Notes under the pieces: model-generated
What the model was told of the DNA's origin: nothing
Databases searched by the model: none
What the model saw: the letters and a program-made list of their open reading frames with translations, nothing else
Made by a program: the position numbers and the translations under genes
Shown here: one piece after another, positions 46,048 through 59,714 of the stretch
Position numbering within the stretch: the stretch's first letter is position 1
How the letters are laid out: every line of letters begins with the position of its first letter
Assembly (NCBI GenBank): GCA_964016885.1
Contig: OZ024751.1
Coordinates: 52,638,001 to 52,702,000, forward strand
Source of the DNA: Eledone cirrhosa
Lineage: Eukaryota
DNA length: 64,000 bases
Reading direction: 5' to 3'

Positions 46048-47244
46048 TTGGATGTATCTCTTAATCTTGACACTGGCCTATATTACCCTTACCATAAAAA
46101 CAATGAGAACCTTAATTATGTTAACTTTAAATCTAACCATCCTACCAATATCAAGAATGCTATAGTTAATAATATTGGAAATAGAATATCTAACATATCT
46201 TCTAATAAAAACATCTTTGATGCTAACGCCAATTACTATAATAACGCACTTTCTAAAGCCGGCTATCCAGATAAAATCAAATATAATAAAGAAACAAATT
46301 CTAGGAAAACTTACAGTAGAATAATTAATCATGACCATTCCAATAATTTTAATAAAAGACCTAGATACAAAAACATAATCTGGTATAATGTTCCTTTCTC
46401 CATCTCTATTAATAACAATATTCCTAAATTATTTTTTAGTGCCTTAAATAAATGCTTCCCTCCCTCACATATCTATAGTAAAATATTTAACAAACACACC
46501 ATCAAATTTTCGTATTCTACATCCTCCAATATTTCCAACATCATCTCTAAACACAACAACAAAATATTAAATACTAAATCTCTTCCTTCCAATATTGAAT
46601 TTCATAATAACAGTAATAGTACTCCCGACGTCATTGTAAACCCTAGGCTAACTTCTGTAAACCCAAATACAACGTCAAACACAACTTCGCTAAATGTTCA
46701 TAATCCAACTCTAAATCAAGAAACTATTATTCCTATTATTCCTATCGCAAACAACTTCTCCAATCCAATTCCTTCTATAGATAACACTAGATCACTCATT
46801 AATAATCTCTCTAATTGCAACTGCCGCATTAAAAATAAATGTCCTCTCAACAACCATTGCCTCGATAAAAACTTAATTTATGAATGTAAAATTATAACTA
46901 GCACCAATTCCTTCACCTATTTTGGCTCCACTTCCACCTCTTTTAAAGCTCGTCTCTATAATCATCATTCATCTTTCAAATACAAACTTAAAAGAACTAA
47001 CACTGCTCTCTCAGAACTCATATGGTCCTTAAAAGACAAAAACATTAAATATACCATCTTTTGGAAGAAGATTTCTTCTGCATCCTCATACTTGAACAGC
47101 TCTCTATCTAAAATCTGTAATCTCTGCCTAAATGAAAAATTTACCATTATCTCTAACCTAGATTCTATAATAAATAGACGCTCAGATTTGTTTTCTATCT
47201 GCCTGCATAAATTCCATAGAACTTTTCACAAAGTATACAGTTAA
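46048..47244 (+). CDS. PLE ORF, C-terminal part (end of RT, thumb, CxCx5C linker, GIY-YIG endonuclease)
   Basis: FLDVSL..PYHK..YVNFKSNHP; CNCRIKNKCPL; LIYECKI..YFGSTSTSFKARLYNH; CNLCLNEK; INRRSDLFSICLH; 5'-truncated. Confidence 0.92.
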   Translation: MDVSLNLDTGLYYPYHKNNENLNYVNFKSNHPTNIKNAIVNNIGNRISNISSNKNIFDANANYYNNALSKAGYPDKIKYNKETNSRKTYSRIINHDHSNNFNKRPRYKNIIWYNVPFSISINNNIPKLFFSALNKCFPPSHIYSKIFNKHTIKFSYSTSSNISNIISKHNNKILNTKSLPSNIEFHNNSNSTPDVIVNPRLTSVNPNTTSNTTSLNVHNPTLNQETIIPIIPIANNFSNPIPSIDNTRSLINNLSNCNCRIKNKCPLNNHCLDKNLIYECKIITSTNSFTYFGSTSTSFKARLYNHHSSFKYKLKRTNTALSELIWSLKDKNIKYTIFWKKISSASSYLNSSLSKICNLCLNEKFTIISNLDSIINRRSDLFSICLHKFHRTFHKVYS

Positions 47245-48258
47245 TATTCAATTCTTTATCAATTTAGAATCTTTTCTCAAAGGCACATATACATACACCT
47301 CTTTAAAATATACCCATCTACCTTACTTTAAAGGGCATTATACACTCTATAATACTCGTTTACTCATTACCCTCATTCTATCTTCTCGTAAAATAATAAC
47401 ATTTGTTTTTGACATTTTGAATATTCATCCGCAATCATTATTATTTTTTCTCTCTATCATAAATCTTTTTAATCTCAATTTCATCCTTAATTTATTATTA
47501 TTTTTTTCTCCCCATCAACGAACTCATTATTAATACATATTAACTCTTTATTCGCACATATTATCAATTCAATATACAAACTTTAACTTCACATTATTTT
47601 TCTCAAATCCTTCTACACACAAACCTTAACAATTTTTCTCTTCGCTAATTTTGAAATTGCCACAATACATACATTTCTTCTTTTGACGTTAGAATATTCA
47701 CCCACAATTATTATTTTTTTCTCTCTATCTTCATACGTAATTTCCCTTCGTTAATTTTCAAATTCCTTTAATTTATACATTATCTTCCAACGGTTCCCAA
47801 CCTCTCTATATTAAAACAATATATCTTTTTCTCAGTTATAAAAACTATCTCTTTCTCTCTATCACCCATCTCTCCCTCTCCACCTTCACTCTCATCTCCT
47901 CCCCCCTTTTTTTTTCATCCTTTCCACCCCCCCCCCCTCCCTAAATAAAATATTTTTTCCTCGCACATATCCTCCCTTCGTTAATTTTCAAAATTTTTAA
48001 TTTATACAGTATCTTCCAACGGTTTTCAACCCCTCTATGTAAAAAATATATCTCCTCTCAGTTATAAAAACTATCTCTTTCTCTCTATCACCCATCTCTC
48101 CCTCTCATCTCCTTCCCTTTTCATCCTTCCCCCCCCCCCCCTCTCTAAATAAAATATTTTTCCCAATATCACACATCAATCTAAAACCACTTTTCATATG
48201 TTGATTTAAAACTGCACTATCCACAAGTGTTTTTTAGCCTTCATGTCATGTTCTCCTG

Positions 48259-48325
48259 TTTTATCTGATGAAAACACAAATATTATTGCTTGATGATGTT
48301 TGTTTTTGAAATGCGCATAATAAAA
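48259..48325 (+). ncRNA. Minimal type I hammerhead ribozyme
   Basis: ttttat CTGATGA..GAAA tgcgca TA^ ataaaa. Confidence 0.85.
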
Positions 48326-48459
48326 TATATGGAACTCCTTTAGCCATCTTTTGATCTTATATTATATGTATATATATATATATATGTATATAAATATATA
48401 TATGTATATATATATATATGTATATATATATGTATATATATATGTATTATATGTATATA

Positions 48460-48628
<169 letters not shown>

Positions 48629-48687
48629 ATATATATATATATATACAATATTAAATAAATGGAAAACTATATTTATAAAACCATATT

Positions 48688-48753
48688 TATTTCATTATAT
48701 ATATTTCGGGGATATCATATTAACAATATGCTATGCCTTCATCAGACAAAATA
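48688..48753 (-). ncRNA. Type I hammerhead ribozyme
   Basis: Reverse complement of 50427-50492. Confidence 0.75.
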
Positions 48754-50426
48754 CAATATAAACAGTTTTATAGATAAATAGATTCGACATACCGTTATAA
48801 CACCGACTTCCATTTGAAGAGGTTTAAGCTGGCAGTGAAAAAATTTTACACAGAGAGAAAGAAAGAGAGAAAAAAAGAAAGAAAGACAGAGAACGAAGAA
48901 AAGGAAGAAAAAGAAGAAAAAGAAGAAATGCATGGAACAAAATAGAGAGATGGAAAGATAGATAAAGCGAAGAACTTCATGTAAAGAAACAGAAAGAGAT
49001 ATATATATATAGAGAGAGAGAGGAAATAGAGATAGATACATATATATATAGAAAATTAGGTAGTGGGAGGTCATTTTGAGTAAATGTATCAATGATACAT
49101 TTATTTATTTATTTATTTATTTAGCTCAAGTATTAATGTAAGGGAGATATATATAGAGAGAAAAAATATAGAGAGGAAAAAAATAGCGAGAGAAAAAAAT
49201 TAAAAAATAGCCAGATATATTCGAGGCGTAAAAACCCTATGTTTTAATGTATTAGTATTTATAAAACTTACACTATATTATAAATATCAGTATTCCTGAA
49301 TGAGACAAGTATCCATAGTGTGTGAAAATTAATTATCTTATGTTTAGTTTTAAAAAATTCATATGTTTATGTGACAGCTACAAACATCCATGCGAATCCG
49401 CATGATTCACTCTGCAAACTCTAAGTTCACGGAAAACATTCTCAATGTGGTATAAAAATTTGAGCATACATATATGTGTATTATTTATTATTCCTGTCTT
49501 TACTCTACAAGATTATCTATCAAGCAGAAATAGAGAGCAGATTTCAATATACTAATAAAAATATATATCAGAAACAAAACTAAAAATAAAAAGATAACAA
49601 TAATAATAATAAGTAAAAATAAGTAATAATAAAATAGAAAACTAAAAAAATAATTACGAAAGAATATTACATAATAAAAATATTACATATTAAAAATATT
49701 ACGTATTAAAAAATATTACGTATTAAAAATTTACATATTAAAGATATAAAAATAAAAATAAAAATAAAAATAAAAATAAAAATAAAAATAAAAAATAAAA
49801 AATAAAAAAATATTATAAAATACTACAATAATAAAATAAAAATAAAAATAAACCACAAAGATCAACCCTTCAAAGTTAATTGACAATATATTGCCAAGTT
49901 CATTACAAGACAAAGGCAAAAATTATCTATCAAATCACATCTAGCAAAGATCATTTCAAAAAGTTTATGATGTCCAATTTGGACTACATAAGTTCTTATA
50001 TTTAATATAGAAGTTTATCTAGTGTAAGGTTTATTCAAAAAATTTGGAGCATCAGCTTTTAGGGTAGCTTAATTTTTCATGAGGAATGTTTAGATAAAAA
50101 TAAAATAAAAAATAAAAATAAACAATAAAAAAAGAATAAAAAGAAGGAATCAAAGATTTAGGAATCAAAAATTTATCGGCTAGTTTCCCATATAAATATA
50201 AATCAAACTAAATATACTACATTTTAAATTTAAATTTATATTTAAACGTTGAGTTTAATCTATGTTTGCAACAACTGAATAAATTTGTCCGTAGGTTAAG
50301 GGAATTTTTTCTCTCTTTCTTTCTCTCTGTGTAAATTTTTTTCACTGCCAGCTTAAACCTCTTCAAATGGAAGTCGGTGTTATAACGGTATGTCGAATCT
50401 ATTTATCTATAAAACTGTTTATATTG

Positions 50427-50492
50427 TATTTTGTCTGATGAAGGCATAGCATATTGTTAATATGATATCCCCGAAATATATATAATGAAATA
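50427..50492 (+). ncRNA. Type I hammerhead ribozyme
   Basis: tattttgt CTGATGA..GAAA tatata TA^ atgaaata. Confidence 0.75.
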
Positions 50493-50636
50493 AATATGGT
50501 TTTATAAATATAGTTTTCCATTTATTTAATATTGTAAATATACTCCAAATATTTGTCGACTGCTTTTATATCAGTTATAAATATTTACTAGTTGTAACCC
50601 AACAATTTTAAATATAACTTTCCATATATATATATG

Positions 50637-50757
<121 letters not shown>

Positions 50758-50784
50758 GTATATATATATATGTATATATATATG

Positions 50785-50822
<38 letters not shown>

Positions 50823-50858
50823 TGTATATGTATATATGTATATATGTATATATATATG

Positions 50859-50957
<99 letters not shown>

Positions 50958-51008
50958 GTACATATATGTATGTATATATATATATGTATATATATATGTA
51001 TATGTATG

Positions 51009-51040
<32 letters not shown>

Positions 51041-51050
51041 AATATGTATG

Positions 51051-51179
<129 letters not shown>

Positions 51180-51184
51180 CTATA

Positions 51185-51263
<79 letters not shown>

Positions 51264-51274
51264 GTATATATATG

Positions 51275-51309
<35 letters not shown>

Positions 51310-51320
51310 GTATATATATG

Positions 51321-51355
<35 letters not shown>

Positions 51356-51383
51356 GTATATATATATAATGTATATATATATG

Positions 51384-51531
<148 letters not shown>

Positions 51532-51559
51532 AATATATATATATGTATATATATATATG

Positions 51560-51606
<47 letters not shown>

Positions 51607-51607
51607 G

Positions 51608-51645
<38 letters not shown>

Positions 51646-51673
51646 TGTATATATATGTATATATATATGTATG

Positions 51674-51708
<35 letters not shown>

Positions 51709-51735
51709 GTATATATATGTATATATATATGTATG

Positions 51736-51788
<53 letters not shown>

Positions 51789-51815
51789 GTATATATATAT
51801 GTATGTATATGTATG

Positions 51816-51850
<35 letters not shown>

Positions 51851-51854
51851 GTAT

Positions 51855-51934
<80 letters not shown>

Positions 51935-52032
51935 GTATGTATATAAATATATATATGTATATATATATATATATGTATATATATATGTATGTATGTATAT
52001 ATATATGTATATATATATATATATATGTATAT

Positions 52033-52248
52033 GATTTTTGTCTTTATTTGTTAATTTTTCATTCGCACCGTTTCCTTTCGCTATATGTCTCTCCACCACT
52101 CCCCTACACACCTTTTGAACTCTTACCTGAAGAAGGGCTTATGCCCGAAACGTCGTCCTCCACCTACCCCCCACTCTCCTGAGCGTGAATCTAATAAACA
52201 TTTGTCGTACTGCCTCTCTGTTCTGTCCCTGTTCAATTTTTTATTATA
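52033..52248 (+). mobile_element. Solo 3' terminus of a relative of the 34.5-36.4 kb PLE, with HHR core at 52127-52154
   Basis: Similar to 36130-36362; identical core ctgaagaagggcttatgcccgaaacgtcgt. Confidence 0.85.
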
Positions 52249-52250
52249 TG

Positions 52251-52283
<33 letters not shown>

Positions 52284-52380
52284 GTATATATATATATGTA
52301 TGTATATATATATATATATGTATATATATGTATATATATATGTATGTATATATATATATATATGTATATATATATGTATG

Positions 52381-52433
<53 letters not shown>

Positions 52434-52450
52434 GTATATATATATGTATG

Positions 52451-52485
<35 letters not shown>

Positions 52486-52490
52486 GTATG

Positions 52491-52547
<57 letters not shown>

Positions 52548-52552
52548 GTATG

Positions 52553-52585
<33 letters not shown>

Positions 52586-52599
52586 GTATATATATATAT

Positions 52600-53330
52600 G
52601 TATCCGAACAGCGATGTTGCATGGTAGTGAGACCTGGGCGCTGAAGGTGGAACACTTACGTAGATTAGAGAGAAACAAAGCCTGCATGCTCCGATGGATG
52701 TGTAACAGTAATATACGTGAACGACAAAGCATAAAGGAATTGAGAGAGAGACTGAGCATAAGAGGAATCAAATGCTGCGTGCAGGAGAGGCGGTTACGCT
52801 GGTATGGACATGTGATGCGTATGAAGGATGACAGCTGCATAAAAAGGTGCAGAGCACTAGAAGTTGATGGAAACCGCGGAGTGGGGAGACCCAAGATGAC
52901 TTGGGATGAGGTGATAAAAGCTGACCTTACCCAACTACACCTCTCAAAGTCAATGACACACGACCGTGACTTCTGGCGTCACGCAGTAATACAGGGTACC
53001 CGACCTCCCATGGGTACATGCTGAAGCATATAAACAATATGCCCCCACTCCCCCCACCGCAAGGTGGTCGTGGAGGTGCCACGGCAAAAAAGTACCCAGC
53101 CCACACTGTAAAGTGGACGTGTAGGCGCCACGAAAAAGCACCCAGCACTCACTGTAAATGAGGTTGGTGTTAGGAAGGGCATCCAGCTGTAGAAATCAAG
53201 CCAGATCAGTTCCTGTATGAGCAAGGCATGGTCAGCCGACCAGACACTGCCCACAACAGGACAACCCGTCTAACCCATGCTAGCGTGGAAGAACGGACGT
53301 AAAACGGTGATGATGATGATGATGATGATA
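52600..53330 (+). mobile_element. RTE family B-related 3' fragment with SINE-like 3' UTR and (GAT)n tail
   Basis: [27 protein letters not shown]; ggtgttaggaagggcatcc at ~53167. Confidence 0.92.
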
Positions 53331-53437
53331 TATATATATAGTATTAAGGGTACTATTTATGGTTATGTATGCAATAAAACCTTTGATGGTAATATATTAT
53401 ATATACACAAACCCTAAATAGTGAGAGATAGTCTTTA

Positions 53438-53509
<72 letters not shown>

Positions 53510-53528
53510 GTATATATGTATATATATG

Positions 53529-53563
<35 letters not shown>

Positions 53564-53574
53564 GTATATATATG

Positions 53575-56500
53575 TCCTGGGTATGACATTAAACTACATC
53601 CAGTGGCAAGGCTCCAGTTCGGGAGTTCAGGAGATGTGGGGAATGTGGAGTTACCCCTTAGTTGTCATGACTCCCAGGTCTGCCCTGGCCCGGGGTGGTA
53701 GTACCTGTTAGGGCTCCATTTATGGGTTAAATAACTACCTTATTCGAGTGTCGCCGGTAAGGTATTGTCAGCCATTGAAAAGAAATATGGAGAGTCGATC
53801 TAACAGCACTAGGGTTAGAGCCCCTAATTACACTGTCAAGGAGCAGCCTGGTTGTTATGACTCTGCTGGCTTAGAGCCACAGAGAGGGCCAGTGGATGAT
53901 GGATCAGCTGTCTCTGAGACAAATATAAAGAATGCAGTTTTGTCCTGCAGAAGAGCCATCAAAATGGGCACTTTGAATGTGAGGACTATTCGAACGTTGG
54001 AGAAGAGGGAGGAGTTGGGACATCTGTTCGAGGAGAGTGGTATACAGATACTTGCGATCCAAGAACACAGGATTCTACACGATGAGCCCGTGAGGAGTGT
54101 GATGATCGGGAGGAAGAGCCAGCTCATCACTACATCGGCAGTGAAGAACACAACAAATGCTGCAGTGGGAGGAGTGGGTTTTGTGTTCAGTGCAAAAACC
54201 AATCTGTTGGTGAGGGAAATAATGCCTATCTCCCCGCGAGTGTTGAGGGTGACCTTCAATGGAAACCCAAGACTGACAGTCATCTCAGCCTATAGTCCAA
54301 CCGAGGGGGACAGTGATGTGAATGCGGAGGAGTTCCATGAGGAGGTGTGTAGAGCTGTCAACACCACTCAGGCACACAATATCCTGCTTGTTTTGGGGGA
54401 CTTCAATGCACATCTGAGTAAGGAGGGCAGTGAAGATCCTTGTTGGTACTTCCATAACAACACCAACCGAAATGGAAGACTACTGAGAGACACCCTGCTG
54501 GAGGCGAACTTGATGGCGACCAACCTAAGGTTTAGGAAGAATCTGGGGAAGATGTGGACCTACATCTCAGATATGCACCTGTCCAAGTCCCAGATTGATT
54601 TCATTCTGGTGAGGAAAAAGTGGCGGAATAGTGTTCTGAACACGGAACCATACAGCTATTTCAGTACACTGGGTAGTGACCACCGGCTTGTTATGAGTGA
54701 GGTCCGCGTGAGCTTAAGAAAGAGCAAGGCTCAGCCCCGGAGAACAATCTATGACTGGGGAGCTTTCAAGGAAGATGATAAGCTACAGGAGAGGTTCACA
54801 GTGGAAGTGAGAAACAGGTTTAGTGCTCTGTGTGGAGAGTCAGAGGAGAGAGAGATTGGATGGACTGAGGAGAGTGTGACGAGGAGGTACGGGCACTTCA
54901 CCAATGCAGTGGCGAAAGCAAGTGAAACCCTGGTGCCGAGGAAAAAGAACAAAGGGAAGCACGTCAGCTCTGCAAACCCAAAAGTGTGTGCAGCCAGAGA
55001 ACACCTGAAAGCTGCCAGGGACCAATTCTATGCTGATCCTACGGAGGAGAGGATGGAGACTGTGGAGGTGATGAGGGAAGAGCTCTGTACCGCTTACACT
55101 GAGGTCAGAGAGGAGGCACTGATAGAGAAGATCAGAAGTGTGGAGAGAGCGGTTGACAGATCTGGATGTAAGGAGAGCTGGATGATCATCAACGAGATCA
55201 CAGGGAGGAAGAAAAGGTGTTCGAGTCAGATCCAGGGAACGGGGCCCGAGGATAGGAAGAGGAAATGGCTAGACCATTTTAGGACCCTACTAGGAGAGCC
55301 ACCCTCCACAGCCCAGAGCACTGGGGAGATCAGGCGGCTGTTTGAGGAACTGGATGTTGAGACAGAGCCCTTCACCAGAGAGGAGCTTCAGAGAGCCAAG
55401 AAGAAGATCAAGGAGGGCAAGGCTCATGGAGAAGATGGAGTGGCATCAGAGGTGATGAAGAGGTGTGATTTTGATGATATCATCCTGGGGTTCTGTAACG
55501 GGGCACTGGAGAAAGGAGTTGCCCCGAATCAGTGGAGGATCAGTAACATCGTCCCAGTGCCAAAGAAGGGAGATCTCTCTAACACCAACAACTACCGGGG
55601 GATCTCACTGACGTCACTTGTGGCAAAGACCCTCAACAGGATGATTCTTAACAGGATCCAGCCTGAGATGGAGAAGAAGCTCAGGGACAACCAGAACGGC
55701 TTCAGAGAGGGTAGATCAACCACCAGTCACATCCTGATGCTGAGGAGGATATTAGAGGGAGCTAGAGCAAAGTGCCTTCCTGCGGTCATGGTTTTCATTG
55801 ACTTTAGGAAGGCCTTTGATTCTGTGGACCGTTACTGCCTGATGAAGATCTTACAGGCTTATGGAATCCCCAAGAGGATAGTGGACCTGATATCACTGCT
55901 CTACACCAACACCAAAGCCCAAGTCATTACACCTGATGGGATGACAGAGTTCTTTGAGATACTGGCTGGAGTGCTCCAGGGAGATACATTGGCTCCCTAC
56001 CTTTTTATCATCGTAGTGGACTATTGTATGCGCCTTGCACTGGAGAAACACCAGGACTCTGGCTTTACTGTAGCACCGGCTCAGAGCAGGAGAGTTGGGG
56101 CGAAAAAGGTATCGGATGCTGAATTTGCCGACGATATAGTTTTGGTGACAAATACAGTGAAGGAGGCAGAGGATTTGATGCGGGAGGTTGAGACTGTGTC
56201 GATGAGTGTGGGGCTGAGAATGAATGAGACTAAAACAAAATATCTGGTAGAGAATGTTGAGAAGCCAGAGGGGATCACTAATGTAGGCGGGAAGCCGCTG
56301 GAATTGGTTGAGGACTTCCTGTATTTGGGAGCAAAGATTGGGAATACGGAGGATGATGTGGTTGAGAGGAAGAGCAAGGCCTGGGCGGCGTGCCACAGCT
56401 TGAGATTGGTGTGGAAGTCGGACCTTCGTAGAGACCTGAAAATCCGCCTCTTCATTGCTGTAGTGGAGTCTGTGCTGCTGTATGGGTCTGAGACTTGGAC

Positions 56501-56886
56501 ACTGACCAAGAAAATCACTCAGATGGTGGATGGGTGCTACACGAGAATGTTGAGGATGGCTCTGAACATTAATCAGTATACACTGAGGATGAAAAACTCA
56601 GAGCTGTATGGGAGCATCCCAAGAGTCAGCTCAAAAGTGACACAGAGGAGACTGAGGTGGGCTGGACATGCTCACCGACATCCGGAGTTGACATTGCACT
56701 CAGTGCTCCTTTGGGAGCCCCTACATGGACACACTAGAAGAGGAAGACCAAGGTTAACATATGTTGATGCCCTAAGGACAGACACTGGTCTGTTGGAGAT
56801 GCAGGATATGGCAGCGATAATGAGGGACAGACCGCTGGAGAGAACTCGTCCATGGATCTCGGGAATTTTACCCGCCTTAGATTAGA
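53575..56886 (+). mobile_element. RTE-clade family C, apparently full length
   Basis: ~210-bp structured 5' UTR, single long ORF, ends ttagattaga directly into TA. Confidence 0.93.
53787..56885 (+). CDS. RTE ORF: APE endonuclease + reverse transcriptase (first ATG at 53787)
   Basis: GTLNVRT, AIQEHR, GDFNAH, QIDFIL, SDHR; [44 protein letters not shown]; last ~18 aa shifted by a 2-nt deletion near 56830 relative to the copy at 2632. Confidence 0.95.
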   Translation: MESRSNSTRVRAPNYTVKEQPGCYDSAGLEPQRGPVDDGSAVSETNIKNAVLSCRRAIKMGTLNVRTIRTLEKREELGHLFEESGIQILAIQEHRILHDEPVRSVMIGRKSQLITTSAVKNTTNAAVGGVGFVFSAKTNLLVREIMPISPRVLRVTFNGNPRLTVISAYSPTEGDSDVNAEEFHEEVCRAVNTTQAHNILLVLGDFNAHLSKEGSEDPCWYFHNNTNRNGRLLRDTLLEANLMATNLRFRKNLGKMWTYISDMHLSKSQIDFILVRKKWRNSVLNTEPYSYFSTLGSDHRLVMSEVRVSLRKSKAQPRRTIYDWGAFKEDDKLQERFTVEVRNRFSALCGESEEREIGWTEESVTRRYGHFTNAVAKASETLVPRKKNKGKHVSSANPKVCAAREHLKAARDQFYADPTEERMETVEVMREELCTAYTEVREEALIEKIRSVERAVDRSGCKESWMIINEITGRKKRCSSQIQGTGPEDRKRKWLDHFRTLLGEPPSTAQSTGEIRRLFEELDVETEPFTREELQRAKKKIKEGKAHGEDGVASEVMKRCDFDDIILGFCNGALEKGVAPNQWRISNIVPVPKKGDLSNTNNYRGISLTSLVAKTLNRMILNRIQPEMEKKLRDNQNGFREGRSTTSHILMLRRILEGARAKCLPAVMVFIDFRKAFDSVDRYCLMKILQAYGIPKRIVDLISLLYTNTKAQVITPDGMTEFFEILAGVLQGDTLAPYLFIIVVDYCMRLALEKHQDSGFTVAPAQSRRVGAKKVSDAEFADDIVLVTNTVKEAEDLMREVETVSMSVGLRMNETKTKYLVENVEKPEGITNVGGKPLELVEDFLYLGAKIGNTEDDVVERKSKAWAACHSLRLVWKSDLRRDLKIRLFIAVVESVLLYGSETWTLTKKITQMVDGCYTRMLRMALNINQYTLRMKNSELYGSIPRVSSKVTQRRLRWAGHAHRHPELTLHSVLLWEPLHGHTRRGRPRLTYVDALRTDTGLLEMQDMAAIMRDRPLERTRPWISGILPALD

Positions 56887-56953
56887 TGTATATATATATA
56901 TGTGTATATATATATGTATATATATATATGTATATATATATATGTATATATAT

Positions 56954-57031
<78 letters not shown>

Positions 57032-57050
57032 GTATATATATATATGTATA

Positions 57051-57476
57051 CTAGTAGCTTGTCTCCCTCATCTTGGCAAACCTCTTGGTGTAGCTTCGCT
57101 GGATTGCCTCAAGCTCCGTGGTTAGTTTGACACTATGGGGTGACCACAACTGGGAGCAGTAGTCCAGGCGGCTTAGGACAAATGTCCTCCATAGTGTCAA
57201 CATGGTGTCTCGATCTCTTATCCGGAAAGTCCTCAAGATCCAGCCAGTGAGTCGTCTGCACATTGTCACCACTTTCATGATGAAAAAGATGCATCATCGC
57301 TCATGTCTATGCCCAGGTCTCATATCGATTTTGACACCGGGATATCAGTCCCTCCTGGTCCTGTGTAGTTGTGTTCCACTATATTTGTATTTGCAGGTTT
57401 GTTTGGAGGTTTGTATTGTAGGGCTTGGAATTTGCCAGCATTAAACTGCATGTTGTTTTAAACTGCATGTTGTTTA
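57051..57476 (-). mobile_element. CR1-group family B internal fragment (no 3' end)
   Basis: GWILRTF..LDYCSQLWSP..MRETSY; matches ~40047-40445. Confidence 0.9.
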
Positions 57477-57607
57477 TGTATATATATATATATGTATGTA
57501 TATATATATATATGTATGTATACATATATATATATGTATACATATTTATATGTAGACGTATATATATGTATATATATATATATGTATGTATATATATATA
57601 TGTATGT

Positions 57608-57648
<41 letters not shown>

Positions 57649-57701
57649 TGTATGTATATATATCTATGTATATATATATGTATGTATATATATATGTATG
57701 A

Positions 57702-57770
<69 letters not shown>

Positions 57771-57860
57771 TATGTATGTATATATATATATGTATGTATA
57801 TATATATATGTATGTATATATATATATGTATATATATGTATGTATATATATATATGTATG

Positions 57861-57891
<31 letters not shown>

Positions 57892-58049
57892 GTATGTATA
57901 TAAATATGTATGTATATAAATATATATGTATGTATATATATGTATATATATATGTATGTATATATATGTATATATATATGTATGTATATATATATATATG
58001 TATGTATATATATATATATGTATGTATGTATATATATATATTATGTATG

Positions 58050-58098
<49 letters not shown>

Positions 58099-58167
58099 TA
58101 TGAAGAGAGAAGAAACATTTAGATATAATTAGTAATAAAATGTATCATACCTAAACTGCTCCTAAAT

Positions 58168-58257
58168 TCCTCGACTACGTAGTTTCGTGGCATAAACAAA
58201 AACAATATATCATAAAGATATAGAGTCCTTGCGAGGTCTGCCGACTTATCAAGAGGA
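58168..58257 (-). ncRNA. Type I hammerhead ribozyme, U3:A8 core variant
   Basis: Reverse complement of 58880-58969. Confidence 0.85.
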
Positions 58258-58879
58258 TACCTCATTTTACTAGTCTCAAGAACGCGTCTACACGACGTGA
58301 GAAAGAATCCCAAAAGGCGGAGGGGGAGATAGTCACGCGATATAACGGTCGAGAAACAGAGCTAAGCCTCTTATAACCCCGAAGAAAATACCACGGAGGC
58401 GGAGGGGGTATTTATATCGAGGCCGTAGAAGAGGTGGTGAAGAAGGCGAGAAGTACGAGTAATGGAAGCTTTCCAGCTGTCCCCACACTTCAAAGATTGC
58501 TCGACCAGAGGGAGTTATTAACAATATATTTAGAAACACACAGATACATGCGGACACACACATATATACATGAATGCATCCGCACCCAACTGTGAGTTAA
58601 GGGTGCCAACTTCACCGATGTTGCTCAATGAATGACTGGGACAGACCAATTCAGTTGAACCAGACTGAACCAGTATCAGAGTTAAAAATACATTATGAAG
58701 AGAGAAGAAACATTTAGATATAATTAGTAATAAAATGTATCATACCTAAACTGCTCGGGGTTATAAGAGGCTTAGCTCTGTTTCTCGACCGTTATATCGC
58801 GTGACTATCTCCCCCTCCGCCTTTTGGGATTCTTTCTCACGTCGTGTAGACGCGTTCTTGAGACTAGTAAAATGAGGTA

Positions 58880-58969
58880 TCCTCTTGATAAGTCGGCAGA
58901 CCTCGCAAGGACTCTATATCTTTATGATATATTGTTTTTGTTTATGCCACGAAACTACGTAGTCGAGGA
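58880..58969 (+). ncRNA. Type I hammerhead ribozyme, U3:A8 core variant
   Basis: tcctc TTGATAA gtcggca..tgccac GAAA ctacgtag TC^ gagga. Confidence 0.85.
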
Positions 58970-59337
58970 ATTTAGGAGCAGTTTAGGTATGATACATTTT
59001 ATTACTAATTATATCTAAATGTTTCTTCTCTCTTCATAATGTATTTTTAACTCTGATACTGGTTCAGTCTGGTTCAACTGAATTGGTCTGTCCCAGTCAT
59101 TCATTGAGCAACATCGGTGAAGTTGGCACCCTTAACTCACAGTTGGGTGCGGATGCATTCATGTATATATGTGTGTGTCCGCATGTATCTGTGTGTTTCT
59201 AAATATATTGTTATATATATATATATATATATATACAGTATTTTCCGTTGTGTTGTAATATAAATATTACACACAGTAGATTATCAGTTCACGTAGAGTT
59301 TGCTCGACGGTTCCAGTTGTAGTTCCAAAGGGAGGGG

Positions 59338-59622
59338 TAGAATGTAGTGTACGGGAGAGGAGACTGAGGTAGTATGGACATGTGATGTGCATGGAGGATG
59401 ACCGATGGGTGAAGAAGTGCCAGGAATTGCCAGTTGAAGGAAGACGTGGTAGAGGTAGACCACGAAAAACATGGGCGGAGGTGGTGAGAACAGACCTCAG
59501 ATCATTGAAGCTCACGGTGGAGATGACGAGAGACCGTGACGAGTGGAGAGATGCTGTGCTGAATAAGACCCGTCCCACCCTTGCAAGCAGGGAAAAGCAG
59601 ACGTAAAATGATGATGATGATA
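59338..59622 (+). mobile_element. RTE family A 3' end, mirror copy of 60177-60459
   Basis: Shares private variants (CMEDD, QELP, EKQT) with the adjacent intact copy. Confidence 0.92.
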
Positions 59623-59683
59623 TACATACATATATATATATATACATACATATATATATATACATACATATATATATATATAC

Positions 59684-59714
<31 letters not shown>

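Larger units (their letters stand above)
45207..48362 (+). mobile_element. Penelope-like element with ~630-bp inverted pseudo-LTR, 5'-truncated
   Basis: ~45296-45925 is the reverse complement of ~47731-48362; RT-thumb/GIY-YIG ORF lies between. Confidence 0.93.
48645..50625 (-). mobile_element. Penelope-like element, heavily 5'-truncated, ~1.5-kb 3' UTR plus inverted terminus
   Basis: 50217-50300 (-) encodes LNLRTNLFSCCKHRLN..*; ~48645-48875 is the reverse complement of ~50305-50536. Confidence 0.85.
58096..59213. mobile_element. Non-coding 595-bp HHR-bearing unit in partial tandem plus inverted copy (retrozyme/PLE pseudo-LTR-like)
   Basis: 58096-58161 repeats at 58691-58756; 58757-59213 is the reverse complement running across the unit junction. 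Confidence 0.85.

Noticed and set aside
58119-58313. Identical 64-aa ORF on both strands (also 58824-59018)
   Set aside because: Consequence of the inverted repeat; TTG start, overlaps the HHR, no recognisable motif
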